A DNA stretch of 64,000 nucleotides from Sphingopyxis sp. (GCA_016793775.1 JAEULK010000011.1:2686-66685), one strand, 5' to 3'. Numbered from the stretch's first letter, positions 54,886-64,000 are shown. Translations and numbers: made by a program. Notes: a model not told the origin generated them from the letters alone.

Positions 54886-56214
54886 GTGACCGACGTCAGC
54901 ACCAACCACGAAAGGCCGGGCCAAAAGCTCGGCCTTTTGATGTGCGTCGCGCTGGGCATGGGCAATATGATCGGGTCGGGGGTGTTCCTGCTGCCGCGAT
55001 CGCTCGCGCCGCTCGGGTGGAACGCGGTCATCGGGTGGGGATTGTCGATCGCCGGTACCCTCTGCCTCGCGGTCGCGCTTGCGCGGCTTGCCAAAAAGCT
55101 GCCCGGCGGCAGTGCGACCTATACCTATGCGGCGACCGCCTTTGGTCCGGGCGTCGGGTTCCTCGTCGCGTGGAGTTACTGGATCAGTTGCTGGACCGTT
55201 GTCTCGACGCTGGCCGTCGCGGCGATCAGCAATTTTTCGATTCTCGCGCCCTCCCTGGCCGGCGGCGGCCACACCGCGGCGCTGATCGCGATCAGCTTCA
55301 TCTGGCTCTTCACCCTGGTGAACCTGATGGGCGTGCGCCGCGCCGGCCGCGCGCAATTGGTCACGCTGGGCCTCAAGTTGATCCCCATACTCGGCGCGGT
55401 AGTCGTCGCATTGTGGTTGTACGGCACCGGCGACGCCCCGACCCCGACGATGGCGCAGACCAAACCCGTCAGCCTCCATAACATCGGCAATGCGGCGACG
55501 CTGACCCTCTTCGCGCTGCTCGGCTTTGAAAGCAGCTGCGTTGTCGGCAACCGCGTGCACGACCCCGAACGCACCATCCCGCGCGCAACGATAATCGCCG
55601 CTGCCGCGACAGGGCTGCTTTATCTTCTCTCATGTACGACGGTCACCTTGCTGCTCCCGCTCGAAACTCTCGAAGCATCGAACTCCCCCTATGCGACTTT
55701 TTTCGGCACGCTCGTCAGCCCATCGGCGGGACAGGCGGTGGCGCTGTTCGCGGCGATCGCGGCGCTCGGCGCGCTCAACGGCTTTGTCCTGTTGCAGGGG
55801 GAAATTCCGCGCGATCTTGCGCATCGGGGACTTTTGCCGCCCATTTTCGCGCGCGATAACCGTTTCGCTGTACCCTGGTTCACCCAGATCTTGTCGAGCG
55901 CCCTTGCCAGCATCGTCGTCTACGCCAATTATTCGCGCGGCCTCGCCAAATTGTTCGAGTTCATGGTGCTGGTGACGACCTCCACCGCGATCATCTTTTA
56001 TATCGTCAGCGCGCTTGCCGCTTTGAAGCTCGAGCATGACGGCACGATCAAGGCGTCACCCGCCTTCGTGACGGTGACGATCCTTGGTTTTCTTTACAGC
56101 TGCTGGGCGTTTTACGGCGCCGAGCTGGAGCCCGGGCTTTGGAGCATCGGCCTGACCGCCGCCGGACTGCCGATCTACCTCGCGATGCGTCGCGCCAGAC
56201 CCGCCATCGCCTGA
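54886..56214 (+). CDS. APC-family amino acid/polyamine permease
   Basis: KLGL...GNMIGSGVFLLP, GFES, PERTIPRA; about 12 TM segments. Confidence 0.93.
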   Translation: MTDVSTNHERPGQKLGLLMCVALGMGNMIGSGVFLLPRSLAPLGWNAVIGWGLSIAGTLCLAVALARLAKKLPGGSATYTYAATAFGPGVGFLVAWSYWISCWTVVSTLAVAAISNFSILAPSLAGGGHTAALIAISFIWLFTLVNLMGVRRAGRAQLVTLGLKLIPILGAVVVALWLYGTGDAPTPTMAQTKPVSLHNIGNAATLTLFALLGFESSCVVGNRVHDPERTIPRATIIAAAATGLLYLLSCTTVTLLLPLETLEASNSPYATFFGTLVSPSAGQAVALFAAIAALGALNGFVLLQGEIPRDLAHRGLLPPIFARDNRFAVPWFTQILSSALASIVVYANYSRGLAKLFEFMVLVTTSTAIIFYIVSALAALKLEHDGTIKASPAFVTVTILGFLYSCWAFYGAELEPGLWSIGLTAAGLPIYLAMRRARPAIA

Positions 56215-56258
56215 TACTTGCCCCAATGGGCAAAAGCGCCTATCGGCCTGTTCCCGTT

Positions 56259-56280
56259 GGCCCGGAACCGGGCCTTTTTG
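56259..56280 (+). terminator. Intrinsic terminator after the permease
   Basis: GGCCCGG-AA-CCGGGCC-TTTTT. Confidence 0.8.
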
Positions 56281-56460
56281 GAGACGTGACGTGTCGGACC
56301 GCCGAATAATTCAGGGTTTGAATCTCTGCGGCATCCGCCCGCTGTCGTAGCGCGTTTTTCCCGACGCGGTGCGCTTCGGGCGCTGCCGCAATTTCTCCAA
56401 CCCGCCCATCATACTTCTGCCGCCGGGCGCCGTGCGTCCGCCGGCCGCAGGCAGGACTTT

Positions 56461-58452
56461 ATGTTGTACGACAGCCATTGGGCGCGTGCGCTGGCGCGCG
56501 CCATCGCCACGGATCATCCGGGCAAGAGCAAGACCGGGCGAGCCCTGCTCGCCTGGGTCCGCGCGCGCGCCGCCGCGCTCGGGCTGGACGAGAAGAATAT
56601 CTCGCGCGCCGCGCTGCTGGGGGACCCCGTGGTTCCGTCCGCGGACGCGCGCGAGGACGAGAGCCTGGTGCAGGCCAGCCGGCTGGCCGACGCGCTCGAG
56701 TTGCCCGGCACCGAACGCGCGTTGCTGCTGCTCGCGACGGCGCTCGATCGCGCCCCGCTGACCCGTAGTCTGGAACAGCTGATCGGGACCGAAAAGCTCG
56801 ACATGGAGACGCTGGCGGGCGCGGTCGCCGGGATCGCGCCGCACGCGCTGCGCCGCGCCGAGGTGGTGCGGCTCGACCTCGTGGGACGCTGGACCGACAA
56901 GAGCGGCGCGGTCGAACTCGGCCTGTGCTGGGCCTTCGAGCGGCTGCTCGACGCACCGCCTGGGCGCCACGACAGTCTGCTCGACGGGCTGCTGGGGGCG
57001 CGGCAGGTCGCGCGGCACGGCCTCGACGATTTCCCGGCCTACCGTAGCGAGGCCGAGTTGGCGACGCGGCTGCTGCGCGGGGCGATCGATCGCGGGGCGC
57101 GCGGAATCAACATCCTGATCCACGGGCCGCCGGGCACGGGCAAGACCGAGCTGGCGCGCAGCCTGGCCGCCGCGGTCGGCGAACCGCTGCACGGGGTTGG
57201 CGAGGCCGACAGCGACGGCGACGAACCGGCGCGGCACGACCGCGTCGCGGCGCTGAAGCTCGCGCTGCGCACGCTCGAAAAGCGCGGGCGCGCGCTGCTG
57301 CTGTTCGACGAAATGGAGGATCTGCTCGGCAACACGCAGGTCGAACAGGATGGCCGGGTGCGCCAGCGCGCCGGCTCGAAGCTGTTCGTCAACCGCCTGC
57401 TCGAAGAGAATGTCGTGCCGGTGATCTGGACGTCGAACGCCGTTGCCGACGTCGATCCCGCAATCCTGCGGCGCTTCAGCCTGTCGATCCGCATGGACTT
57501 CCCCGGCTCCGCGCACAGCCCCGCGATGCTCGAACGGGTGAGCGCCGAGGAGAGCGTCGCGGTCGATCCGGCGCTGCAGGCGCTGGCGGCGACCGCGCCC
57601 GAGGCCGCGTCGCTGTTCCGCGTCGCGGCGCGCGCCGCCGCGCTGGCGGGCGACGCCGCGAGCGCCAGCCGCTTCGCGGGGTCGGTGTTGGGCACGCTGC
57701 ACGGCCGCGAGGTCGCGCCGCGACCGCCGCGTGCGTTCGACGAGACGCTGCTGACCGCCGACACCGACCTGCCTGCGCTGTTCGCGAGCCTGGCGCGCGT
57801 CGACGCGCCCGCCGATGTCTCGCTGCTGCTCACCGGCGAGCCTGGGACGGGCAAGACCGAGGCGGTACAGGCGCTGGCGCGGCGGCTGGGCCGGCCGCTG
57901 CATATCAAGCGGGCGTCGGACCTGATGTCGAAATGGGTCGGCGAGACCGAGAAGGCGATCGTACGCGCCTTTGCCGACGCCAGGCGGCAGGGCGCGATGC
58001 TGTTCTTCGACGAGGTCGATTCGCTGCTCGCCGACCGGCAGGGCGCGTCGCAGAGCTGGGAGGTCAGCCAGGTCAACGAACTGTTGACCTGGATGGAGGA
58101 TCATCCTTTGCCCTTCGCCGCAGCGACCAACCATGTCGCGAAGCTCGACCCCGCGTCGGCGAGGCGCTTCGTGTTCAAGGTCGAGATGCGGGCGCTCGAT
58201 GCCGAACGCGCGCGGCGGGCGTTCGTCCATTTCTTCGGCCGCGAGGCGCCGGCGACGCTCGACCGGATCGGCGCGCTGACGCTCGGCGACTTTGCGGTCG
58301 TCGCGCGGCAGATGCGCTTTGTCGGAGGGATCGACGATCGGGCGTTGATCGATCGGCTGCGGCGCGAGCGCGCGGCGCGCCCGGCGCTGCCGCAGCCGAT
58401 CGGTTTCGGGTCAGACGCGCCACTTCGGCGCGAAGAAACCCCGGTCGCGTAA
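56461..58452 (+). CDS. Tandem (double) AAA+ ATPase
   Basis: GPPGTGKT / LLLFDE and GEPGTGKT / MLFFDE; SKWVGE pore loop; AATN. Confidence 0.9.
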   Translation: MLYDSHWARALARAIATDHPGKSKTGRALLAWVRARAAALGLDEKNISRAALLGDPVVPSADAREDESLVQASRLADALELPGTERALLLLATALDRAPLTRSLEQLIGTEKLDMETLAGAVAGIAPHALRRAEVVRLDLVGRWTDKSGAVELGLCWAFERLLDAPPGRHDSLLDGLLGARQVARHGLDDFPAYRSEAELATRLLRGAIDRGARGINILIHGPPGTGKTELARSLAAAVGEPLHGVGEADSDGDEPARHDRVAALKLALRTLEKRGRALLLFDEMEDLLGNTQVEQDGRVRQRAGSKLFVNRLLEENVVPVIWTSNAVADVDPAILRRFSLSIRMDFPGSAHSPAMLERVSAEESVAVDPALQALAATAPEAASLFRVAARAAALAGDAASASRFAGSVLGTLHGREVAPRPPRAFDETLLTADTDLPALFASLARVDAPADVSLLLTGEPGTGKTEAVQALARRLGRPLHIKRASDLMSKWVGETEKAIVRAFADARRQGAMLFFDEVDSLLADRQGASQSWEVSQVNELLTWMEDHPLPFAAATNHVAKLDPASARRFVFKVEMRALDAERARRAFVHFFGREAPATLDRIGALTLGDFAVVARQMRFVGGIDDRALIDRLRRERAARPALPQPIGFGSDAPLRREETPVA

Positions 58453-60018
58453 CACCACCTCGGCGGCGTTGTGCCCCGGCGCGCCGGTGACGCCGCCGCC
58501 GGGGTGGGCGCCCGCGCCGCACATATAGAGGTTCTTCACCGGCCCGCGATAACCGCCATTGCCGAGCACGGGGCGCGCGGCCCAGAGCTGGTCGAGCGTC
58601 ATATTGCCGTGCATGATGTCGCCGTCGATCAGGCCGAACTTGCGTTCGAGGCCCTTGGGCGACAGGCGCGTCTGGCCGACGATGCTGGCGCGAAAGCCGG
58701 GGGCATGTTGCTCGACGGTATCGATGATCGCGTCGGCGGCGGCGCCTTCCTCCTCGTCCCAGTCCCGACCGTCCGGCAGCTCGGGCGCGAATTGCTGGCA
58801 GAAGAGGCTGGCGACGTGGCTACCGGGAGGGGCGAGGCTGGCGTCGACGGTCGAGGGGATGAGCATCTCGACGATCGGCTTCTTCGACCAGCCATATTGT
58901 TTCGCGTCGAGGAAGGCGCGGTCCATATAATCGAGTGTCGGCGCGAGGATGATGCCCGACTGGTGATGCTCGCCGGGTTCGGGGAGACAGGTGAATTTGG
59001 GGAGTTCGCTGAGCGCGACGTTCATGCGGAAGGTGCCGCTGCCGGCCTTGAAGCCGCGGATACGGCGCTGGAAATCGCCCGGCAGATCGGAGGCGTCCAT
59101 CAGCCGTTCGTAGAGCAGTTTCGGCCCGACATTAGCGATGACGCGCGCGGCGGCGATCTCCTCGCCGCCGACGAGCTTCACCCCAACCGTCTTGTCGCCG
59201 TCGACGAGCACCTTCTCTACCGGGCTTTCGAGGCTGATCTCGACGCCGAGGTCGCGGCAGACCTTGGCCATGATCTCGGTGATCTTGCCCATGCCGCCGA
59301 CGCTGTGGCCCCAGGCGCCCTTCTTGCCGTTCACTTCGCCGAAGACGTGGTGGAGCAGCACATAGGCGCTGCCCGGGGTGTCGGGGCTCGCATAATTGCC
59401 GACGACGGCGTCGAAGCCGAAGGCGGCCTTGACCGCCTCACTCTCGAACCAAGCGTCCAGCATCGTGCGCGCGGACTTGGTGAACAGGTCCAGCACGTCG
59501 CGCTGCTGTTCGAGGCTGAGCCCCGCAAAGCGCCGCCCCTGCCGCGCGCCGTCGATCAGGGTGCGGAAGCCTTCGCCCACATTGGGCGGCACGCGCAGCG
59601 CGAGGTCGCGGAGCAGTTCGGCGACATTTTCGAGCGCATCATAATATTGGGGCAGCACGTCGGCGTCGTGGTTGCTGAACTTACGGAACTCAGCCTGGGT
59701 GCGTTCGAGCCCGCCACCCAGCTTCAAATAGCCGCCATCCTCCTGCGGCAGGAAGTTGCTGATCGGCCGCTCGATGACGCGATAGCCATGATCGGCGAGC
59801 TTCATGTCGGCGATCACCTTGGGCTGGAGCAGGCTGACCGTGTAGCTGGCGACCGAATTGCGGAAACCCGGTGCGAATTCCTCGGTCACTGCGGCACCGC
59901 CGACGACGTCGCGCGCCTCGACGATGCGCACCTTGAGCCCCGCCCTCGCGAGATAGAAGGCGCAAACGAGGCCATTGTGGCCGGCGCCGATAATCAGGGC
60001 GTCATAAGCTTTGGTCAT
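58411..60018 (-). CDS. Phytoene-desaturase-like FAD-dependent oxidoreductase
   Basis: IIGAGHNGL, EARDVVGGAA, LYMCGAGAHPGGGVTGAPG. Confidence 0.9.
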   Translation of the reverse strand: MTKAYDALIIGAGHNGLVCAFYLARAGLKVRIVEARDVVGGAAVTEEFAPGFRNSVASYTVSLLQPKVIADMKLADHGYRVIERPISNFLPQEDGGYLKLGGGLERTQAEFRKFSNHDADVLPQYYDALENVAELLRDLALRVPPNVGEGFRTLIDGARQGRRFAGLSLEQQRDVLDLFTKSARTMLDAWFESEAVKAAFGFDAVVGNYASPDTPGSAYVLLHHVFGEVNGKKGAWGHSVGGMGKITEIMAKVCRDLGVEISLESPVEKVLVDGDKTVGVKLVGGEEIAAARVIANVGPKLLYERLMDASDLPGDFQRRIRGFKAGSGTFRMNVALSELPKFTCLPEPGEHHQSGIILAPTLDYMDRAFLDAKQYGWSKKPIVEMLIPSTVDASLAPPGSHVASLFCQQFAPELPDGRDWDEEEGAAADAIIDTVEQHAPGFRASIVGQTRLSPKGLERKFGLIDGDIMHGNMTLDQLWAARPVLGNGGYRGPVKNLYMCGAGAHPGGGVTGAPGHNAAEVVLRDRGFFAPKWRV

Positions 60019-61181
60019 TTTCGGCTCCATCCCGCACGCGGGGCTTGTTCGAGGCGGGATTCGGGAATCAGGTCGCGCATGCGCGAACAGAAATGCTTGA
60101 GGCAGACTTCCTTGTCGCTGAGCGGGCCCATGGTGAAGGTCTTGGACTGCATACCCGCCTGCACGCGCGTGATCAGTTCGGTATCCTCGGCGTTGACCTG
60201 GCGGTTGATGCGCCAGTTCAAATAACGCGCGGCCTTCATCTCGCGGCGCTCATCGGGAAGCACATAGGAAATTTCGCGGATCAGGCACGTCGTCGGCCCG
60301 GTCGGCAGCCATTGCATGAAATCGACCTGGTCGGGATAGATGTCGAACGCGACATTGGGCCAGAGCTTGAAATAGAGCCAGTGGCGCTGGCGGTCTTCGG
60401 GCAGGTGCGGGACCGGCGGCAGCAGCCGCTGATACATGCGTTCGGACCAATTGGCCGAGGGCCGGTCGATCAGATCGCCCCACATGCGATCGACATCATC
60501 CTCCGCCTCGACGCCATAGCTTTTGCCGAACAGGCGCGTGAGGCCGGGGTGCGCGACGGGGATGTGGAGGCCATCGGAATAATTGTCGCCGACATTCTTC
60601 CAGTTCACCTCGCGCGGGCGCAGCGTGACGCGGCCGAGAGCGCCGAGGCCCTCGAAGCGGTACGGCTCCACTATCGCCTCATATGGCGCCATCATCGACG
60701 CCACCGTAGGTCCGCCGTCATCCTCGAGCCGGACGAACCAGAAGCCACGCCATTGTTCGAGGCCGACCGGGACGAGCCCCGCCTTGCCCTTATCGAGCGT
60801 GGGGTAGCTCATACTGTCGGGCACGCCGGTGAGGCGTCCGTCGAGGTCGTAGGTCCAGGCGTGATAGGGGCAGACGAGTTTCTTGGCGCAGCCCGCCGCG
60901 CCGTCGACGAGGCGCGAGCCGCGGTGGCGGCAGACGTTGGTGAAGGCGCGCACGACGCGGTCGGCACCGCGCACGACGAGGACGCTCTCGCCGCAATAAT
61001 CGATGCTGTGCCAGTCGCCGGAGTTCGGGATGTCGCTGTCGTGGCAGACGACCTGCCAGCTCGGGCGGAAGATGCGCGCAATTTCGGCGGCGTGGAAGTC
61101 GGGGTCGCTGTAGGTCCAGGCGGGCAGCGACCAGCCGTCGAGCGGGTCGATGTTGGTGAAAGTGTCGCGCAGCGTTGCCAT
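60015..61181 (-). CDS. Rieske non-heme iron oxygenase alpha subunit
   Basis: NVCRHRG...CPYHAW Rieske motif; NWK...DGLHIPVAH iron site; ED. Confidence 0.93.
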   Translation of the reverse strand: MATLRDTFTNIDPLDGWSLPAWTYSDPDFHAAEIARIFRPSWQVVCHDSDIPNSGDWHSIDYCGESVLVVRGADRVVRAFTNVCRHRGSRLVDGAAGCAKKLVCPYHAWTYDLDGRLTGVPDSMSYPTLDKGKAGLVPVGLEQWRGFWFVRLEDDGGPTVASMMAPYEAIVEPYRFEGLGALGRVTLRPREVNWKNVGDNYSDGLHIPVAHPGLTRLFGKSYGVEAEDDVDRMWGDLIDRPSANWSERMYQRLLPPVPHLPEDRQRHWLYFKLWPNVAFDIYPDQVDFMQWLPTGPTTCLIREISYVLPDERREMKAARYLNWRINRQVNAEDTELITRVQAGMQSKTFTMGPLSDKEVCLKHFCSRMRDLIPESRLEQAPRAGWSRK

Positions 61182-61190
61182 GAGTCGATC

Positions 61191-61214
61191 CTTGTTGTAC
61201 AGACGTATAACAAG
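61191..61214. promoter_or_regulatory. Putative TetR operator filling a 33-bp divergent gap
   Basis: CTTGTTGTAC-AGAC-GTATAACAAG (9 of 10 arm positions match). Confidence 0.75.
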
Positions 61215-61808
61215 ATGCAGCCCGCTCGCCAAGCCTTTACGCGCGAAAGCGCCGATGCCCGGAGGGCCGACCTGATCGAGGCGACCGCCGCGGTGCTCGC
61301 CGAAGCTGGCCTGGTCGGCACCAATGTGCGCGCGATCTGCGCGCGGGCCGGGGTGTCACCCGGCCTTTTGCGCCATTATTTCGGCGGCATCGACGATCTG
61401 GTCGCCGCCACCTACCAGGCGACGAGCGACCGGATGGACGCGATCTTCGCCGCCGCGGTCGAGCGCGCGGGGCCCGACCCGCGCGCCCGGCTGAACGCCT
61501 ATCTGACCGCGAGCTTTCGCCCGCCGGTGACCGATCCCGAGCTGCTCGGCGCCTGGACCGCCTTTTGGGCCTTGGCCAGAAGCGACGCGCGCATGACGTG
61601 CATCCACGCGGAAAGCTATGCCGGTTACCGCGCGCGGCTGGCCGACCTGCTCGCAGCGTGCGGGGCGCAGGACGCCGGGCGGCTGGCGATCATACTGACC
61701 GCGATGGTCGACGGGCTGTGGCTCGAACTATCGCTCGACGCCGACAGCTTCGGCGCCGCGGCGGCGACGGCGATGATCGAACAGGCGGTGGCGGCGCTGC
61801 TGCCCTGA
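61215..61808 (+). CDS. TetR family regulator with BetI-type C-terminus
   Basis: RRADLIEA...GVSPGLLRHYF; WTAFW; MVDGLWL. Confidence 0.9.
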   Translation: MQPARQAFTRESADARRADLIEATAAVLAEAGLVGTNVRAICARAGVSPGLLRHYFGGIDDLVAATYQATSDRMDAIFAAAVERAGPDPRARLNAYLTASFRPPVTDPELLGAWTAFWALARSDARMTCIHAESYAGYRARLADLLAACGAQDAGRLAIILTAMVDGLWLELSLDADSFGAAAATAMIEQAVAALLP

Positions 61809-61811
61809 CCC

Positions 61812-63185
61812 TCATTTCGACAGGTCGCGCAGCAAGCTGTCCCAATGCGCGAGCGCGGGGGCGATGGCGGCGACGGGGACACGCTCGTTCAGGCCGTGCG
61901 CGAAGCTGTCGCTCGCCTTGCTGAACAGCCCGGCGACGCCGTAGCTCGGCACGCCCTGGATGCGGAAATGATAGCTGTCGGTCGCGCCCGCGCTCATCGA
62001 CGGGATGATCGGCAGGCCGGGGGCGCGGGCGTGGACCGCCTTGGTTACCGCCGCCATGACGTCGGGGCGCAGCGGCGAGGCGTCGCTGGCGCTGGCGTCG
62101 GGATCGGGGTTCACCTTGACCGCGGGGTCGGCGATCACCTTTTCGAGTTCGGCGCGCACGGTCTCGACCGGCACGCCGGGGAAGATGCGGCAGTTGATGT
62201 TCGCGGTCGCGCGCTGGGGCAGCGCATTTTCGGCGTGGCCGCCCTTGACCAGCGTGGGCACACAGGTGGTACCGATCTGGCCGATATATTCGGGGTCGGC
62301 GCGGATCGCGGCGATCGCCTTGGCATCGGTCGGATCGGCGGCAAAGGCTTTCAGCGCCGCGCCGATCCCGCCGCCGACCTGGTCGGCGACGATCGGCATG
62401 CCGACCTTGGTCAGCTCGTTCTGCCGCGGCGTGAAACGATAGGCGCCGACCTTCGCCAGCGCGTTCGACAGTTGCACGATGGCATTGGTATCCGACGGGC
62501 GCGAGCTGTGGCCGCCGGGATTGGTGACCTCGAGCGCGAAGTCGGCATAGGTCTTCTCGCCGGCCTGCAGCCCATAATATTTGGGCTTGCCGTCCTCGCC
62601 GATCAGGCCGCCGCCGCCGTCGCCGTTGAGCGCGAATTCGGCGCCCTTATATTTGGCGGCGAGCGCGCGCGTCGTCGTCATCGAGGTTTCCTCGTCGCCC
62701 GAGAGCAGCAGGATGATCGTGCGTTTGGGCTTGAACCCGTCCTTCTTGAGCTGTGCCATGGTGGCGACCATCATCGCGACGTCGAACTTGTTGTCGTCCG
62801 ACCCGCGGCCGAAGATATAGCCATCTTCCTCGACCGGCACGAAGGGATCGCGGGTCCAGTCCTTCGCATCGGCCTCGACCACGTCCATATGGCCGAGCAG
62901 CACGATCGGCTTGCCCGTGCCCGTGCCGTGCAGCGTCGCGGCGAAGGTCGCGGTTTCGCCCATCGGGGTGATCTCGATATCGGCGTCGGCATAACCCGCC
63001 GCCTTGAGGATGCCGGCAAAATAAGCGGCGAGTTCGGGCACCTTGCCGCGCCCCATGACGGTCGGGATCGCGACGCTGTCCATCAATATCTTCTTCGCCG
63101 TGTCGGCATCGGCGGGCTTGGCGTGGACGGGCGCGGCGGCAACGAGGGCGGCGGCGAGGGCGAGGGGGGCGGTAAGGTTTCGCAT
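61812..63185 (-). CDS. Exported M20-family metallopeptidase
   Basis: Signal peptide; GHMDVV, GRGSDDNK, GDEE, HGLNE. Confidence 0.92.
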   Translation of the reverse strand: MRNLTAPLALAAALVAAAPVHAKPADADTAKKILMDSVAIPTVMGRGKVPELAAYFAGILKAAGYADADIEITPMGETATFAATLHGTGTGKPIVLLGHMDVVEADAKDWTRDPFVPVEEDGYIFGRGSDDNKFDVAMMVATMAQLKKDGFKPKRTIILLLSGDEETSMTTTRALAAKYKGAEFALNGDGGGGLIGEDGKPKYYGLQAGEKTYADFALEVTNPGGHSSRPSDTNAIVQLSNALAKVGAYRFTPRQNELTKVGMPIVADQVGGGIGAALKAFAADPTDAKAIAAIRADPEYIGQIGTTCVPTLVKGGHAENALPQRATANINCRIFPGVPVETVRAELEKVIADPAVKVNPDPDASASDASPLRPDVMAAVTKAVHARAPGLPIIPSMSAGATDSYHFRIQGVPSYGVAGLFSKASDSFAHGLNERVPVAAIAPALAHWDSLLRDLSK

Positions 63186-63230
63186 GGCAACGGGTTATGG
63201 CGCGTTGATTGCGCGCGGCAAGTGTCATTT

Positions 63231-63321
63231 CGTCGCCCCCGCACAGGCGGGGGCCGCAGTCGGTCTGTCTCTGTCGCCGATGCATAATCCGATGGCGGCC
63301 CCCGCCTTCGCGGGGGCGACG
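63231..63321. repeat. Palindromic repeat, family B
   Basis: CGTCGCCCCCGCACAGGCGGGGGCC ... GGCCCCCGCCTTCGCGGGGGCGACG. Confidence 0.9.
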
Positions 63322-63322
63322 A

Positions 63323-63979
63323 CTACGACGCCTTTTTGGCCTTCAGCGCCGGGGTCTTCGGCTTGAACCGGCACAAATCGTCGACCGGGCAGCGCCAGCA
63401 CTCCGGGGTGCGCGCCTTGCAGATGTAGCGGCCGTGGAGGATCAGCCAGTGGTGGGCGCCGACGCGAAACGGCTGCGGGGTTTCCTTGTCGAGCTTTTTT
63501 TCGACCGCGAGCACGGTCTTGCCGGGGGCGAGGCCGGTGCGGTTGCCGACGCGGAAGATATGGGTGTCGACCGCGAAAGTCTCTGCCCCGAAGGCGCAAT
63601 TCATCACGACATTGGCGGTCTTGCGCCCGACGCCGGGCAGCTCGACGAGGGTGTCGCGGTCGGCGGGCACGTCGCCGCCGAAGTCGCGGACGAGGATTTC
63701 GCTGAGCGCGATGACATTCTTCGCCTTGGCATTGAACAGCCCGATGGTCTTGATGTGCTGCTTGAGGCCCGCTTCGCCGAGATCGACCATTTGCTGCGGG
63801 GTCTTCACCTCCTGGAACAGCAGCCGCGTCGCCTTGTTCACGCCGACGTCGGTCGCCTGCGCCGAGAGTAGGACCGCGACGAGCAACTGGTAGGTGTTGC
63901 CATAGCGCAGCTCGGTCTCCGGGCTGGGGTTCAGTTCGGCGAGGCGGCGGTAGAATTCAAAGATATCGGCCTTCTTCAT
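63323..63979 (-). CDS. nth: Endonuclease III
   Basis: LLSAQATD, LPGVGRKTAN, VDTH, C-x6-C-x2-C-x5-C. Confidence 0.98.
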   Translation of the reverse strand: MKKADIFEFYRRLAELNPSPETELRYGNTYQLLVAVLLSAQATDVGVNKATRLLFQEVKTPQQMVDLGEAGLKQHIKTIGLFNAKAKNVIALSEILVRDFGGDVPADRDTLVELPGVGRKTANVVMNCAFGAETFAVDTHIFRVGNRTGLAPGKTVLAVEKKLDKETPQPFRVGAHHWLILHGRYICKARTPECWRCPVDDLCRFKPKTPALKAKKAS

Positions 63980-64000
63980 TTCGGCGCGGGCGGCTTTCCG

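Noticed and set aside
60045-61214. 587-aa ORF ending in TetR
   Set aside because: Upstream part is antisense to the Rieske gene; the TetR starts at 61215.
1-64000. tRNA, rRNA, tmRNA, prophage structural genes
   Set aside because: None recognised by eye; a tRNAscan/Infernal run would be needed to exclude small RNAs.

Overview
This is a high-GC alphaproteobacterial chromosome segment; gene order and protein styles suggest Sphingomonadales, probably Sphingopyxis-like (inference). It is mostly core genes of the dnaA neighbourhood: rpmH-rnpA-yidD-yidC-yihA, dapE, smr-mltA-tim44/secB-murJ-trpS, dnaA-rpsT-mutM/ubiE-ubiB-coaBC-dut-moeB, prfB-PBP1A-amiC/rne-M48-dsbA and nth. The main accessory feature is at the left end (<1-4534). 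It is a more AT-rich, cargo-carrying IS1595-family transposon whose visible end (GGCATTATGTAGC on the - strand) cuts comM just after its Walker A codons. Its cargo is a DUF6471-like HTH repressor, a terminal coiled-coil/winged-helix protein, a standalone proteasome-beta-like Ntn hydrolase, a Zn-ribbon protein behind a structured RNA leader, two small ORFs (one absent from the ORF track, one listed with a longer start) and a membrane protein cut by the window edge. Other accessory pieces are a TetR-controlled VOC/GST detox operon with a broken GST-VOC junction, a ccdAB pair inside ubiB-coaBC, a cysteine-rich Sel1 cassette, a PLP enzyme plus FAD oxidase cassette, a TPR-sulfotransferase/TonB receptor/APC permease/Rieske cluster, an orphan double-AAA ATPase and at least five families of intergenic palindromic repeats. 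No rRNA, tRNA or CRISPR array was recognised. All calls come from reading motifs by eye; no database search was run.
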